From positions 32,001 to 96,000 of the forward strand of contig CAWHCF010000025.1 in NCBI GenBank assembly GCA_963827655.1: DNA of 64,000 nt, written 5' to 3'. Shown in pieces: positions 30,627-41,414 of the stretch. A program made the translations under genes and the position numbers. Origin of the DNA: an uncultured Acidobacteriota bacterium (GTDB lineage Bacteria > Acidobacteriota > UBA6911). Position 1 is the first letter of the stretch; each line of letters begins with the position of its first letter. Below the pieces are notes generated by a model, which was not told where the DNA came from, ran no database searches, and saw only the letters and a list, made by a program, of their open reading frames with translations.

Positions 30627-32102
30627 ATGTTTCGCGCTGTTCTTATCGCACTTCTCTCCATCGCAATCGCGGGGCCGCTCGCACCGGTCCAGATCCCGAA
30701 GACCTGGGACGCCGCCGCCGTGGCCGCCTTCGAAATTCCGCTCGCTGATCCGGCTGCCTCGCCCGAACACGTCACGGCCGAGTACTACTATGCCATTCCG
30801 GCGCGCCCTATCTACCGGAGCTACCCCGTCTATCATCCCGACCGGGAGCCCCCGGGGTATCTTGATCAGATAAAGCAACACGAGCCGGAGATCGCTTTCG
30901 AACCTTCCCAGCTCCGGACCGAAGATGACTGGATCCAGGCCGGCAAACTCGTCTTCGAAGCCCCGAACGGTTTCGAGCCGGTGACCGAGGGCTCCGCCGT
31001 CCGCGACCGCGCCTGGTACGATAAGGCCGGCATCCCGGTTGCCGCGGATGGCACCGTGCCCTTCTTCCGTTACGTGATCCGCAAGAAGGGTGTCGTCGAG
31101 CGCAGCTCGAGCTCTTGCGCCGAATGTCACACCCGAGTCATGCCTGACGGGACGGTGCTCGCAGGGGCGCAGGGAAACTTTCCGTTTGAACGCGCGGGAA
31201 GTCTCACGTTCCGCGGTCGCGGGACGGCTGCGCAGATCCGGCGTATCTTGCGGGGCCTCTACGACGCGCCCTGGGTGAAACCCGATCCGCTCGCGCCGAT
31301 CGAGCAGATGTCGCTCGACGACCTGGCCGCGCTCGGTATGGCTATCCCGCCTGGCGTGATGGCACGCCAGGGGGCCAGTCCCTTCTTTCCGGCCCAGGTT
31401 CCGGACCTGATCGGCGTCAGAGAACGGCGCTACCTGGACCATACCGGGCATGTGCGCCAGTTCGGCATCGCCGATCTCATGCGCTATTCGGCTGCGAACC
31501 AGGGGCTTTCCTCGCTTGCGCGCTACGGCCACTTTCGCCCGATCGACCTCGAGACCGGCAAGCTGCCCGAGGCCTCCACTCGCTCGCGCTACAGCGACGA
31601 GCAGCTCTACGCTCTGGCGCTCTACCTTTACTCGCTCCAGCCGCCGCGGAATCCCAATCGCTTCGACGCTGTGGCGGAGCAAGGACAGAAGATCTTCACG
31701 CGCGACGGGTGCGCGACCTGCCATACGCCGCCGCTCTATACCAACAACATGCTCACGCCGGTGGAGGGATTCACGCCGCCACCCGAGCACTCCAGGCGCC
31801 TGGATGTGCTTGCGGTATCGGTTGGGACGGATCCGGGCCTGGCGCTACGGACCCGGCGAGGGACGGGCTACTACAAGGTCCCGTCGCTGAAAGGCCTCTG
31901 GTACCGGGGACCTTTGGAACACAGCGGCTCGGTCGCAACGCTCGAAGACTGGTTCGATCCACGGCGCCTGCTCCCCGACTATGTCCCGACCGGCTTCCGC
32001 GGCTACGGCGTGAAGACCCGCGCTGTCCCGGGACACCGCTTCGGTCTCGGGCTTTCAGACGAGGAGCGCAAGGCTCTGATCGCCTTCCTCAAGACGCTTT
32101 GA
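30627..32102 (+). CDS. Periplasmic di-heme cytochrome c (RoxA/peroxidase-like fold)
   Basis: Signal peptide, CAECH and CATCH heme motifs, YKVPSLKGLWYRGPLEHSGSV. Confidence 0.8.
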   Translation: MFRAVLIALLSIAIAGPLAPVQIPKTWDAAAVAAFEIPLADPAASPEHVTAEYYYAIPARPIYRSYPVYHPDREPPGYLDQIKQHEPEIAFEPSQLRTEDDWIQAGKLVFEAPNGFEPVTEGSAVRDRAWYDKAGIPVAADGTVPFFRYVIRKKGVVERSSSSCAECHTRVMPDGTVLAGAQGNFPFERAGSLTFRGRGTAAQIRRILRGLYDAPWVKPDPLAPIEQMSLDDLAALGMAIPPGVMARQGASPFFPAQVPDLIGVRERRYLDHTGHVRQFGIADLMRYSAANQGLSSLARYGHFRPIDLETGKLPEASTRSRYSDEQLYALALYLYSLQPPRNPNRFDAVAEQGQKIFTRDGCATCHTPPLYTNNMLTPVEGFTPPPEHSRRLDVLAVSVGTDPGLALRTRRGTGYYKVPSLKGLWYRGPLEHSGSVATLEDWFDPRRLLPDYVPTGFRGYGVKTRAVPGHRFGLGLSDEERKALIAFLKTL

Positions 32103-32123
32103 AGGGGATCGGCAGGTCCCCAG

Positions 32124-32159
32124 ACCACGAAGACACGAAGACGCGAAGGAACACCAAGA
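32124..32159 (+). repeat. 8-bp-periodic repeat copy
   Basis: ACCACGAAGACACGAAGACGCGAAGGAACACCAAG. Confidence 0.85.
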
Positions 32160-32186
32160 ACCTCGACCGGCAACGAGCATAACTCC

Positions 32187-33311
32187 ATGAAGAAACAGAA
32201 CTGGTTACTGACGGCGGCGCTCCTGACGAGTCTAGCTCTTGCGGACGCGCAGGGGGCGCAGAAGGCGAAAAATATCATCCTGTTCCTGGCTGACGCAGGA
32301 GGCATACCCACGGTCAACGCGGCGAGTATTCTCGGTTATGGCGAGCCGCAGAAACTGTTTGTGCAGAGCTGGAAGCACATAGGGCTCTCGGATACATCGA
32401 CAGCGTCGCAGTGGGTCACAGACTCCGCGGCAGGGATGACGGCGATCGTAGCCGGCCAGAAGACACATAACGGTGTCATCAGCCAGGGCCCGGACACTGT
32501 GCGCGGCGAAAAGGACGGCACGCCGGTGAAGACCATTCTCGAGTTCGCCGAAGAGCGAGGTTTGTCGACCGGTGTGATCTCGAATGTCAACATCGCGGAC
32601 GCGACGCCCGCCGCGTGCTACGCGCACGCAAACGACCGCCGAAAGTTCGGCGAGATCTTCCTGCAAGTATTCGAACCGAAGTTCGGCGACGGCGTCGATG
32701 TCGTGCTCGGCATTGGCCGGAAGCCGATCTACGAAGGCGTTCAGAAGCTCGGCCGGGATCTCGACGAGGTCGCGCGTTCGAAGAAGCGGGCGATTTACGA
32801 CTCGCTCGCCGCGGTGCCGGCCGGCGAGGCCCGCCCGATCGCGGTGCTCGATCGCGGTCTCGATGTGCCGGCCGCGGCTAAGATGGCGCTGGCCACGCTG
32901 TCGAAAAACCGAAAGGGATTCTTTCTGATGATCGAGTGGGACACCCACACGGACAATCCGGAACGGGGCCTTTCGAACATGGTGGGTCTCGATAAACTGA
33001 TCCGCGAGATCGCGGGCATGGTGAATCCGAAGGAAACGCTGCTGCTGTTTACGGCCGACCACTCCTTTGAGCTGCGCACCAAAGGCGGGCGTCGCGGCGA
33101 GCCGATTCTCAAGGGTTTCGACGAATGGCAAAAGAGTCACAAGGCGAGCGAGACGATCGATATCCCGGCCTTACGGGTTGGGCACAGCCATACGGGCGAG
33201 GAAGTCCTGATAGCTGGGAGTGGTCCCGGAGCGGAGCGCATCCAGGGATTCCTGCCGAACACGCAGATTTTTCACATCATGATGGCGGCGTACGGCTGGA
33301 AGGAGCGCTGA
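32187..33311 (+). CDS. Alkaline phosphatase (PhoA-like)
   Basis: AKNIILFLADAGG, VTDSAAG (catalytic Ser), DATPAA, TADH, SHTGEEV. Confidence 0.88.
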   Translation: MKKQNWLLTAALLTSLALADAQGAQKAKNIILFLADAGGIPTVNAASILGYGEPQKLFVQSWKHIGLSDTSTASQWVTDSAAGMTAIVAGQKTHNGVISQGPDTVRGEKDGTPVKTILEFAEERGLSTGVISNVNIADATPAACYAHANDRRKFGEIFLQVFEPKFGDGVDVVLGIGRKPIYEGVQKLGRDLDEVARSKKRAIYDSLAAVPAGEARPIAVLDRGLDVPAAAKMALATLSKNRKGFFLMIEWDTHTDNPERGLSNMVGLDKLIREIAGMVNPKETLLLFTADHSFELRTKGGRRGEPILKGFDEWQKSHKASETIDIPALRVGHSHTGEEVLIAGSGPGAERIQGFLPNTQIFHIMMAAYGWKER

Positions 33312-33342
33312 ATCATGATGGCAAGCATATCTTTGCGCACCG

Positions 33343-34353
33343 TTACTTCAGGATCAGGTCCGAGGGTTTGACCCCTTTTCTCAAGCCTTTGCCGCCTGCC
33401 GGGCCCGGGTCGTAGGGACCTAAGAGTTCTACATTACTCTTCACGTCGATCCGGCCTTCCATCCCCAGAGCCCAATAGCAGGCGTTCACGATCATGCGTC
33501 TGAACGCCTCGACCTTGAAAACGTCGCCGTGTCCCATCGTTGTCGTGAACACCCGTGCCGCTTTTCCCGCGGTCCCGGTATGGCTCTTGGTCCAGGCGAT
33601 CGGAATGGGCTTCTTGTCGGGATGGGGCGGGTCCTCGGTTTTCCAGCCGACAAGGGGCTGGCCCAGCAGGATCGGCTTGCAGTCGCCCTGAAGCGTGTTG
33701 ATGCCGTAGACGTCGTCAGGGATCCAGAAGCTCGTCGGGACTCCCTTCAGGATGGGATGGCCGGCCGCATTCTCCGCAGTCGTGCAACGGGTGCTCTCGA
33801 CGAGGTTCTTGCCGTAGTGAGAAACCCAGGTCTCGCCCAGGACCGCGCGGCCCCATCCTCCCTCGGGGTCCTTGCTCGCGGAGTCATACCTTGCGTACGG
33901 GCTGTCGGGCCGCTTGGTGTATCGAAAGGGATGCGTGGCGTTTCGGATCCCGATGATGGGCTTGCCGGACTCCGTGTAGTCGATCAGGCGCTTCATCTGG
34001 TCGTCTGGGAGTTCTCTCCAGCGCACGAAGGCGACCATGAGGTCCGCGGACTCCAGCGCCTCGAGTCCCGGAATGTTGTCCTTGACCATGGGGTTGATTG
34101 TGCCGTCTTTGGGATCGATGGCGAACAGCACGGTGCACTTGAATCCGTGATAGCGCGACAGGATACGCGCCATCAGGGGCATCGATTCTTCCGACCGGTA
34201 CGATTCCTCGCCCGTGACGAAGACTATGTGCTTCCCCTTGCCAGGCCCTTCGCCACCCGGGTAGACGACCCACTGATCCTCGGCGGCCCCGGCCCCCGGA
34301 CTTGCCAGCAGCAGAAGGCCCAGAGCGAGCCCGATGGTCTTGTGTCTTTTCAT
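33343..34353 (-). CDS. ThuA-like (class I GATase-fold) domain protein
   Basis: Signal peptide; GKHIVFVTGEESYRSEE, GLEALESADL, RVFTTTMGH. Confidence 0.8.
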   Translation of the reverse strand: MKRHKTIGLALGLLLLASPGAGAAEDQWVVYPGGEGPGKGKHIVFVTGEESYRSEESMPLMARILSRYHGFKCTVLFAIDPKDGTINPMVKDNIPGLEALESADLMVAFVRWRELPDDQMKRLIDYTESGKPIIGIRNATHPFRYTKRPDSPYARYDSASKDPEGGWGRAVLGETWVSHYGKNLVESTRCTTAENAAGHPILKGVPTSFWIPDDVYGINTLQGDCKPILLGQPLVGWKTEDPPHPDKKPIPIAWTKSHTGTAGKAARVFTTTMGHGDVFKVEAFRRMIVNACYWALGMEGRIDVKSNVELLGPYDPGPAGGKGLRKGVKPSDLILK

Positions 34354-34429
34354 TCTTGACTGCCTTCCTGTTCTCAACGGATATCGTGAATAGCGCAGCA
34401 CAGATTCAAAAGTGCGGGATGACCAGCTT

Positions 34430-35899
34430 TCACTTCGGCTCGTCCCCGATCCGTACCTTGAGGTGTCCGACCGCCCTTATGCCCTCTTTGTTCGATCGCT
34501 CCACGCGCACGACGTAGAGTCCCGGTTTCTCGAAGCGGTGTACGGTCTCGGCGTATCCATCCGGCGCGAGCGGCTTCACGTTCCCGTCTGACTTCACCTT
34601 GACCATGGGGGTGCCGTCGCCGAAGTCCCACTGCTCTTCGCCGTCCTGGGTGCGGAAGGTTCGGACCTTGAAGGTGACCGGGTCCCCCGGCTTGATGCCG
34701 AACGTGGGGGCATAATTCGGATGGATCGTAGGAGGAAGCGGCTTCGGATTGGCCTTGTCGATGACCTGCACGATCGCGAAGTCATAGTCCACGCGTCCGT
34801 CGGCGTCCGTGACCTTCAGGATCTCGCTATAGGAGCCGGGTTTCTCGTATTTCCGCTCGACCTGCGCTCCGGTGGCACGGGAGCCGTCCGTGAAGGTCCA
34901 CTCGTAGCGCGGCCCCTTTGCCCAGGAGCGAGTGGCGTCCAGCGTCACCTTCTGAGTCGCCCAGATCACGTGATGCGGGCGCGCCACGGCCAGGAGCCTC
35001 GGTTGATACTCGCGCAGGTACGCTTCCCAGAGGAATGCATAGCCTTCCTGGATCCCCCACTTGCCCGAAGGCTGCCGGCTGTGGATGTCGAAGTGAAGAT
35101 GCGACCAGCCGCCGCTCCCCCCCTCCTTCCCCAGGAGGCCGATCTTGCGGCCGATCTTGATTTGCTCGCCCAGCTTGACCTCGATCGTCTTCAGGTGGCT
35201 GTAGCGATAGTACCAGCCGCGCGAGTCGAGCACGTAGACGACGTCGTAGCGGGGATCGACCGGCGTCCCTTTGTGCTCCGGCAGCATCTCCTTGCCGGCG
35301 CAGACTACCAGGCCGTCCGTGGCCGCGATGACTTCGACCAGCCCCTCGCTTCCGCCGATGTCGAGACCGTAGTGATAGTAAATCTTCCGCGGTCCCGGCG
35401 CGTCGCCCCCATCGACGTAGACCGGCTCGTTCGCCATCTGGGTCATCGTGGCGAACCACCGCTGTCTGGCAGGATAGCGGAAACTCCCTGTCGGCATCCA
35501 GGACGCCCCGGCGGGCCAGAGGCGGAGCCGCGCGTCTTTCACCAATCCCCACGCGTCCGTCTGGCTGTCCTGGTTGTAGCCCTTTGTGATAGGACAATCT
35601 ATCTGCACTCCCGCAACCGTGACCGGCAGGTGATACGTCGCGGAGACGAGCGTAATCGTCTGCCCGTTTACCTCGGCCTTCACCTGCGCGCGGCGCACGG
35701 CAGAGCAAACCTCGTCTCGTGTCTCCTCGAGCTCGAGCAGCTTGATCCTCGCCTTGTTGCCATTCGACAGCTCAACCTCGGCCGATTCGCCCAGCGCAAG
35801 ATCGACGACTCGAAAAGGAGGATCCCCAACGTTGGTGGACTTACTCGAGATGGGGAGGAGCAGGAGAAAAGCGACCGCAATACCCCGAGATGAAATCAA
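34430..35899 (-). CDS. M23 metallopeptidase with two C-terminal PKD domains
   Basis: HYGLD, YSHL and HLHF Zn motifs; YEWTFTDG and WDFGDGT PKD motifs. Confidence 0.85.
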   Translation of the reverse strand: MISSRGIAVAFLLLLPISSKSTNVGDPPFRVVDLALGESAEVELSNGNKARIKLLELEETRDEVCSAVRRAQVKAEVNGQTITLVSATYHLPVTVAGVQIDCPITKGYNQDSQTDAWGLVKDARLRLWPAGASWMPTGSFRYPARQRWFATMTQMANEPVYVDGGDAPGPRKIYYHYGLDIGGSEGLVEVIAATDGLVVCAGKEMLPEHKGTPVDPRYDVVYVLDSRGWYYRYSHLKTIEVKLGEQIKIGRKIGLLGKEGGSGGWSHLHFDIHSRQPSGKWGIQEGYAFLWEAYLREYQPRLLAVARPHHVIWATQKVTLDATRSWAKGPRYEWTFTDGSRATGAQVERKYEKPGSYSEILKVTDADGRVDYDFAIVQVIDKANPKPLPPTIHPNYAPTFGIKPGDPVTFKVRTFRTQDGEEQWDFGDGTPMVKVKSDGNVKPLAPDGYAETVHRFEKPGLYVVRVERSNKEGIRAVGHLKVRIGDEPK

Positions 35900-36052
35900 G
35901 GTAACGACCTCCTCGATCCGATGACACCGCGTGCGCCCATTCTACATGCGCTTCTCGAGAAAGCCAGTTCAAATGTAATTCGGTGTGGCAATCGGGTCCT
36001 GCAACTCCGGGCAGGCTTCGCAGTGCTGCGAAACACTCTTGTTCCTTCGCCA

Positions 36053-36081
36053 TTGACCGTGTGTCCACATGTAGCTACAAT
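36053..36081 (+). promoter_or_regulatory. Sigma70 promoter of TA operon with overlapping palindrome TGTAGCTACA
   Basis: TTGACC-17 nt-TACAAT, 7 nt before ATG 36089. Confidence 0.7.
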
Positions 36082-36088
36082 GTGCCTG

Positions 36089-36352
36089 ATGCCCAAGCCG
36101 AGAAACACGCGCAATCCTCATTTCCCTCTTCGAGAAGCCAAGAACCGCCTTTCCGAACTGGTGAGGCGGGCGGCACAAGGAGAGCAAATCATTATCACGC
36201 TGCACGGCGAACCGCGCGTCCAGCTCAGTCGAGTGTTGGAAAAATCGCGGCCCTTCAAAGTAGACTGGAAATGGCTCAGAGAGATGAAAGTCGCCGCCTC
36301 CCAGACTCCAGCCGAAGCCTTGATCCGGGCTGACCGTGACGGGCGGGATTGA
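36089..36352 (+). CDS. Phd/YefM-family antitoxin
   Basis: LREAKNRLSELVRRAAQGEQIIITLHGEP. Confidence 0.9.
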   Translation: MPKPRNTRNPHFPLREAKNRLSELVRRAAQGEQIIITLHGEPRVQLSRVLEKSRPFKVDWKWLREMKVAASQTPAEALIRADRDGRD

Positions 36353-36356
36353 TTCA

Positions 36357-36784
36357 ATGTATCTGGATAGTGCGATTCTCGTAAAGCTGGTTGTCCGCGA
36401 GCCTGACAGCTTTTTCTATGCCGAACAAACCATCGGGCAGACAGATGTTTGGATCTCTCAGCTGGCTCTCACAGAGTCGTGGTCGGCCCTTATAAGGAAA
36501 CAACGGGAAGGAGCGATTCACGTAGAGTGCGTCGCGCCGCCTGGCAAAAACTGGAGCGTTATTTCACACACGGTATGCTCGGGATGGTGCCCGTAGACGA
36601 ATCCATCCTGAAGCGGGCCAACCGGATCATCTTGCGTTGCCATCCCAAGGTTGCACTTCGTTCCATGGACGCGATCCATCTGGCCTCCTGTGAGGCTGCC
36701 GATGCTTATCCCCTGTTGACGAATGATCGACAAATGAGAGCCGCCGCAGATCATCTTCGCTTTCCCCTCGGGCCATTGCCATAA
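36357..36784 (+). CDS. vapC: VapC PIN-domain toxin, one frameshift (~36525)
   Basis: MYLDSAILVK in one frame; LRSMDAIHLAS...LLTNDRQM in another. Confidence 0.85.
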
Positions 36785-36845
36785 TCTCATCCATCTTTCC
36801 AAAATCACTTCGACTATTTGGTGTCCTGGCGAGTCCAAATAGATT

Positions 36846-36933
36846 CTTGGTGTTTCTTCGTGTCTTTGAGTCTTGGTGGTATTCGTTAGACAGATCTAAC
36901 CACGAAGATACAAAGACACGAAGAAACACCAAG
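36846..36933. repeat. Inverted pair of the 8-bp-periodic repeat
   Basis: Reverse copy at 36846-36880 and forward copy at 36899-36933. Confidence 0.85.
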
Positions 36934-36972
36934 AGCACCTCGGCCTGAAAGGTCAACAGAGAGGAGACGACG

Positions 36973-39469
36973 ATGCAGGATCTTCGCTATGCTCTTCGCA
37001 TTTTGCGCGCGAGCCCCGGTTTCACTGCGACAGTAGTGCTTTCGCTCGCCCTGGGTATCGGAGCCAACACGGCGATCTTTACTTTGACCGACGCCATCAT
37101 GTGGCGGATGCTGCCCGTGCGTAATCCGGAGGACCTCCTGCGTCCTCGCCCGGACTCAAGGCGGGGCTACCGGCCATGGTTTTACATATAGCGAGTTCCA
37201 GCTCTTCCACGATCGCAATCAGACGTTTTCGGATCTCGCCTCATATTCGCGAGTGCGTCTCAACGTCAGCGTGGCCGGCAGCATGGAGCCCACCGTGGAG
37301 GGCCAGCTCGTCTCCGGCAGATACTTCTCGACTTTAGGCGTCCATGCAGTCGCGGGCAGGACCATCGGCGTCGAGGATGACCGCATTCCCAATGCTCATC
37401 CGGTGGCGATGCTCAGTTACGGCTACTGGAAGCGCCGGTTTTCGCTTGATCCTTCCATTCTGGACAAGACCATTTCGCTGTGTGGAACGCCGTTCACCGT
37501 CATCGGCATCACGCCGCCGGAATTTTTCGGCGTTGAAGTAGGCGTCGCGCCCGACATCTTCGTTCCGGTAATGATGCAACCCGCGGTCATGCCGGCCTCC
37601 GAGAACTTGCTGGAGCGCCCCATCATTTACGCAGCCTGGCTCCGCGTCCTCGGCCGTCTGAGGCCAGGTGTGCCGGTGCAGCAGGCCGCCGCAGAAATGG
37701 CGGTCCTGTTCGATCAGATCGAGTGGCCGCGGGACAAGTCCGGATTCCGGATCGACAAGTTCGGAAACAGGATCGACGAGAAACTGGTCGTTGACCCCGG
37801 CCTCCAGGGGGCTGACCGACTTGCGCCGCCAGTTCTCCCAGCCTCTGTTCATCCTGATGGCGGTCGTCGGCGTCGTGATCCTGATTGCGTGCGCGAACAC
37901 AGCAAACCTCTTGATGGCGCGGGCCGCGGCGCGCCGGCCCGAGTTCGCGCTGCGGGTCGCACTCGGAGCCAGTCGCTGGCGTTTGATGCGGCAACTGCTC
38001 GTGGAAAGCGTCCTGCTGGCAATCCTGGGAGGCGTCTGCGGTCTTCTGCTTGCGAATTGGGGCACTCAACTTCTGGTGGCATTCATTTCGTCCGGCCAAA
38101 CCCCGGTTACGCTGGTCCTCGAGCCCGACCTTCGAGTCCTGGGATTCACGGCGGCAGTCTCCTTATTGACCGGCATTCTCTTCGGACTGGCCCCTGCGAT
38201 TCGTGCCACCCGGATCGACCCTGCGCCCGCCTTGAAGAGTCAAGCCAGCCGCCTGACGGGCCGCGGCAGCTTGAGGCCCGGCAGGATTCTCGCGGTATTC
38301 CAGGTGGCGCTGTCGTTGTTGTTGTTGATCGGCGCGGGTCTGTTCGTGCGCAGTCTCCAGAAGCTGAACAGCCAGGATGCAGGATTCCCGCGTGAGAGCG
38401 TGCTGGTGGTACGGGTGGAGCCGAAAGGAAGTGATCAGCGAAACATACCAGGCACGTCCGACGCGCCTCGACCGCATTTACAAGGAGTTGATCCAGCGAG
38501 TCGAATCCGTTCCAGGCGTCCGTTCCGCGACCATGGCACACTTCACCCCCACCAGCCGAATAGGCTTCTTCTCGCCTTTCAAACTCCCTACAGGCGAAGA
38601 GATCAGAGTGCCCAGTCTCATGGTGTATCCGAACTATTTTGCGACACTGGGGATACCGATTGTAGCCGGCCGTGATTTCGCCGCCGCGGATCTCGACGAG
38701 AATTCGCCGCTGGTTGCGGTCGTGAACGAAACGTTCGCGCGGCGGGTCTTTCCAGGCGAAAATGTCGTCGGCAAGCAATACGTCACCAGAGCGCGCAGGG
38801 GAGATTCTCGAACCTGCGAGATCATCGGCGTGGTGAAAGACTCGAGGTATGCGAACCTGAGAGGAGAGACGCCGCCCGTGATTTACCAGCCTTTCCTTCA
38901 GACCAGCACCGGACGCGGCCAGATGGTGCTGCACGCGCGAGTTTCCGGGAACCCGGGCGCGCTCTTGCCCCGGATTCGGGAAGAGGTCCAGAAGAGTCGA
39001 TAAAGATCTCCCCATGTTTGAGGTGAACACCTTGGCGGCAGAGATGGACGCCGCGCTGGTCCGCGAGCGTCTGATCGCCACGCTGTCGAGTTTTTTTGGC
39101 GTCCTGGCCCTGCTACTCGCCGGCGTCGGTCTCTATGGCCTGCTCGCTTTTGGCGTAGTCCAGAGAACCGGCGAAATGGGCGTTCGCATGGCTCTCGGCG
39201 CGCAGCGATGGGACGTGCTGTGGATGGTTCTGCGCGAAGCGCTCTCTCTGGTCTTGATTGGTGTCGGGCTCGGCTTGCCGGCCGCCCTTGCGGCCGCGCG
39301 TCTGGCTGAGAACCAGATTTCGGGTCTGCTCTTCGGATTGACCACCGGCGACCCTGTCACCATTGCGGCAGCAACGGGGTTGCTGGCGGCTGTGGCCGGC
39401 GTCGCGGCGTATCTCCCGGCAAGGCGAGCCTCGCGGGTAGATCCGATGGTGGCTCTTCGGAACGAATAG
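36973..39469 (+). CDS. ADOP-family ABC permease, split by several frameshifts
   Basis: MQDLRYALR...LGIGANTAIF, LIACANTANLLMAR and ARRASRVDPMVALRNE, spread over five ORF pieces. Confidence 0.88.
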
Positions 39470-39561
39470 ACGGCGGGCTCTTCTCTTCGCTTCGCTGGTG
39501 ATTTCCTCGGTCTGTGTGGTGCGAGTCACGCGAGGATGCCGCGCGGGACGAATTATCCAGG

Positions 39562-41148
39562 TCATTGGGCGCGCAAGACCACGGCGCAATCTTTCCGGAA
39601 TTCCGGAAGTTGCAGATGGGTCTCTTCCCGATTGGCGCTCACTCGAGTTGGCTGAGTCCATTCCGTGGCGCCCGAGGGGAGCATCGTGGCTTCGTATTGC
39701 CCGGCCGGTAGCCGCAGCGTCATACTCCCGAGAACGGAGTTCCCGAAGCCTCCATCGTTGAGGCGGGCGTCGCCTGCATAAATGACATGGATGCGCGCGT
39801 CCTCCCGGCTGGAGGCCACGGCCAGAGTTTGATTGGGAACTGAAGCGACCAGCTTCGAGTTCGGCCTCATACGGTCGGGCCCACATTCTCTCCACAGGCG
39901 CGCGAGCACGCCGAGTTGCTGCCTGAACTTGCGCGCGTCTAACCGGCGGCCGTCGGGAATCGGAACTTTACCGGAACCGGTCGGATCGTCCGGGGTGAAA
40001 GACCAATCGAGGTGGTCGAATCCAGCCCCTCCACTCAGGATTGTCTCCCACGCCTCCATCCGGTTCCGATCCCACTCGTCGGGGGCGCCGCGAATAATCC
40101 CCGAGTAGTTCTCGTCAAACACACTGGGCTTCTTGACACCACGCCGCGCTTCCATGAACGCCAGGATGTTCCCGAAACGCGTGCCGGCGGTCTCGAGTAC
40201 GGCAGTGCCTTTCCCCGGCGTCTTTCGACTGATGTAGTGGTAGTTAATAATGTCGACGAGCGAGTCCTGGAAATAAGGAGCGTCGCCCATCTCGGTATAG
40301 CGCAGACCTCGACTCTCAGAGGAGGAAAGCCTCTGATGGGCGTTGATCGCGATCAAGTGTTTGTTGGGCAGCTTCCGCTCAGTGTCTCTGATTACCTGGC
40401 ACAGCGCGAAATGCCAGGCGTCCTGGCGGGTAGCCGCATCCCGGTTGTTATCGCGAGCAGATGTCTCGTTGCATATCTCAAAGTAGAGATTATCGAATGG
40501 ATTTACCTCCTCGACCATTTTTTGCACGAAGGCTCTTTGCCTTTCGGCGATCGTGGAATCGTGCAGTTCCATGAACTGGCCGACTTCTGAAATACGACTG
40601 CCGACACTGTTGGTGTTGTTGTCAGGGTGCAAGGGAAACCACGACCAGATGCTATCCCGGTATGGATTACAGAAGAGCACGATTTCAACAATGATGTCGC
40701 GGTCGTGCGCGGCCCTGAGGAAGTCCTTGAACCGGGCGAAGTAAGCCGGGTTCCATTGATCCAGGTCAAACTTCAGCCCGCCGTCCCTGGCTTTTCCTGG
40801 TCCTGTGCGCTTCCAGGGCATGACTTCGTGGCCCGGCCGCGGCGCCAGGGTGTTGGCAAAGCCCAACGGTGGAATCGAGTCTTCGAGTTCACGATAAAAG
40901 GTAAACGCGCGCGAGAGGTTCAGGTGATTCCGGGCCAATTCGTCCAGGTATGGAATATAGTCGAACTGGCCGTTCAATACCGCGCCGTAATGCTCGGTTG
41001 CGGTCACCAGCACAACCGGCTTGCCTTTGTAGAGAAAGAACGCGGTGTTATCCGGGCTCCGCCGGAAGGTCGCGCCTGAGTCTTGCGAGGCTGTGACGCG
41101 TGGGTCAATCACGAGCGACAGGCAACAGATCAGAATTGTTCTCCACAT
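39562..41148 (-). CDS. Secreted clan GH-A / GH5-like glycoside hydrolase
   Basis: Signal peptide; KFDLDQWNPAYFAR, FEICNE (acid/base), INYHY, VFDEN (nucleophile candidate). Confidence 0.7.
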   Translation of the reverse strand: MWRTILICCLSLVIDPRVTASQDSGATFRRSPDNTAFFLYKGKPVVLVTATEHYGAVLNGQFDYIPYLDELARNHLNLSRAFTFYRELEDSIPPLGFANTLAPRPGHEVMPWKRTGPGKARDGGLKFDLDQWNPAYFARFKDFLRAAHDRDIIVEIVLFCNPYRDSIWSWFPLHPDNNTNSVGSRISEVGQFMELHDSTIAERQRAFVQKMVEEVNPFDNLYFEICNETSARDNNRDAATRQDAWHFALCQVIRDTERKLPNKHLIAINAHQRLSSSESRGLRYTEMGDAPYFQDSLVDIINYHYISRKTPGKGTAVLETAGTRFGNILAFMEARRGVKKPSVFDENYSGIIRGAPDEWDRNRMEAWETILSGGAGFDHLDWSFTPDDPTGSGKVPIPDGRRLDARKFRQQLGVLARLWRECGPDRMRPNSKLVASVPNQTLAVASSREDARIHVIYAGDARLNDGGFGNSVLGSMTLRLPAGQYEATMLPSGATEWTQPTRVSANREETHLQLPEFRKDCAVVLRAQ

Positions 41149-41414
41149 GCTGGATTCATCCTTTACCGGCTGTGAGAAGGTGTGAATGTCGCAAAAATTC
41201 AGCGAACGCCCTCGAGTTGACCTGAGCTCGTTTGGCTTGTCTGGCGCGGGTCTGATCACGACCTCAACCTTAAGAAGTTCATTTTAGTGCCGCTGGGAAG
41301 GCCGGACGGGCTTGATAGCCAGTCCGCACATGAACCGGGCGAGTTTTGCGACCGCCTCAACAGACCCGCGTCACAGACCAAATTATTTCACAGCTTCTCA
41401 GGGCAAGGTGCGCT

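Noticed and set aside
41285-41335. Cobalamin riboswitch-like words (GCCGCTGGGAAGG...AGCCAG)
   Set aside because: Wrong strand for the neighbouring genes and the 5' core elements are missing. No riboswitch was seen upstream of the dehydratase either.
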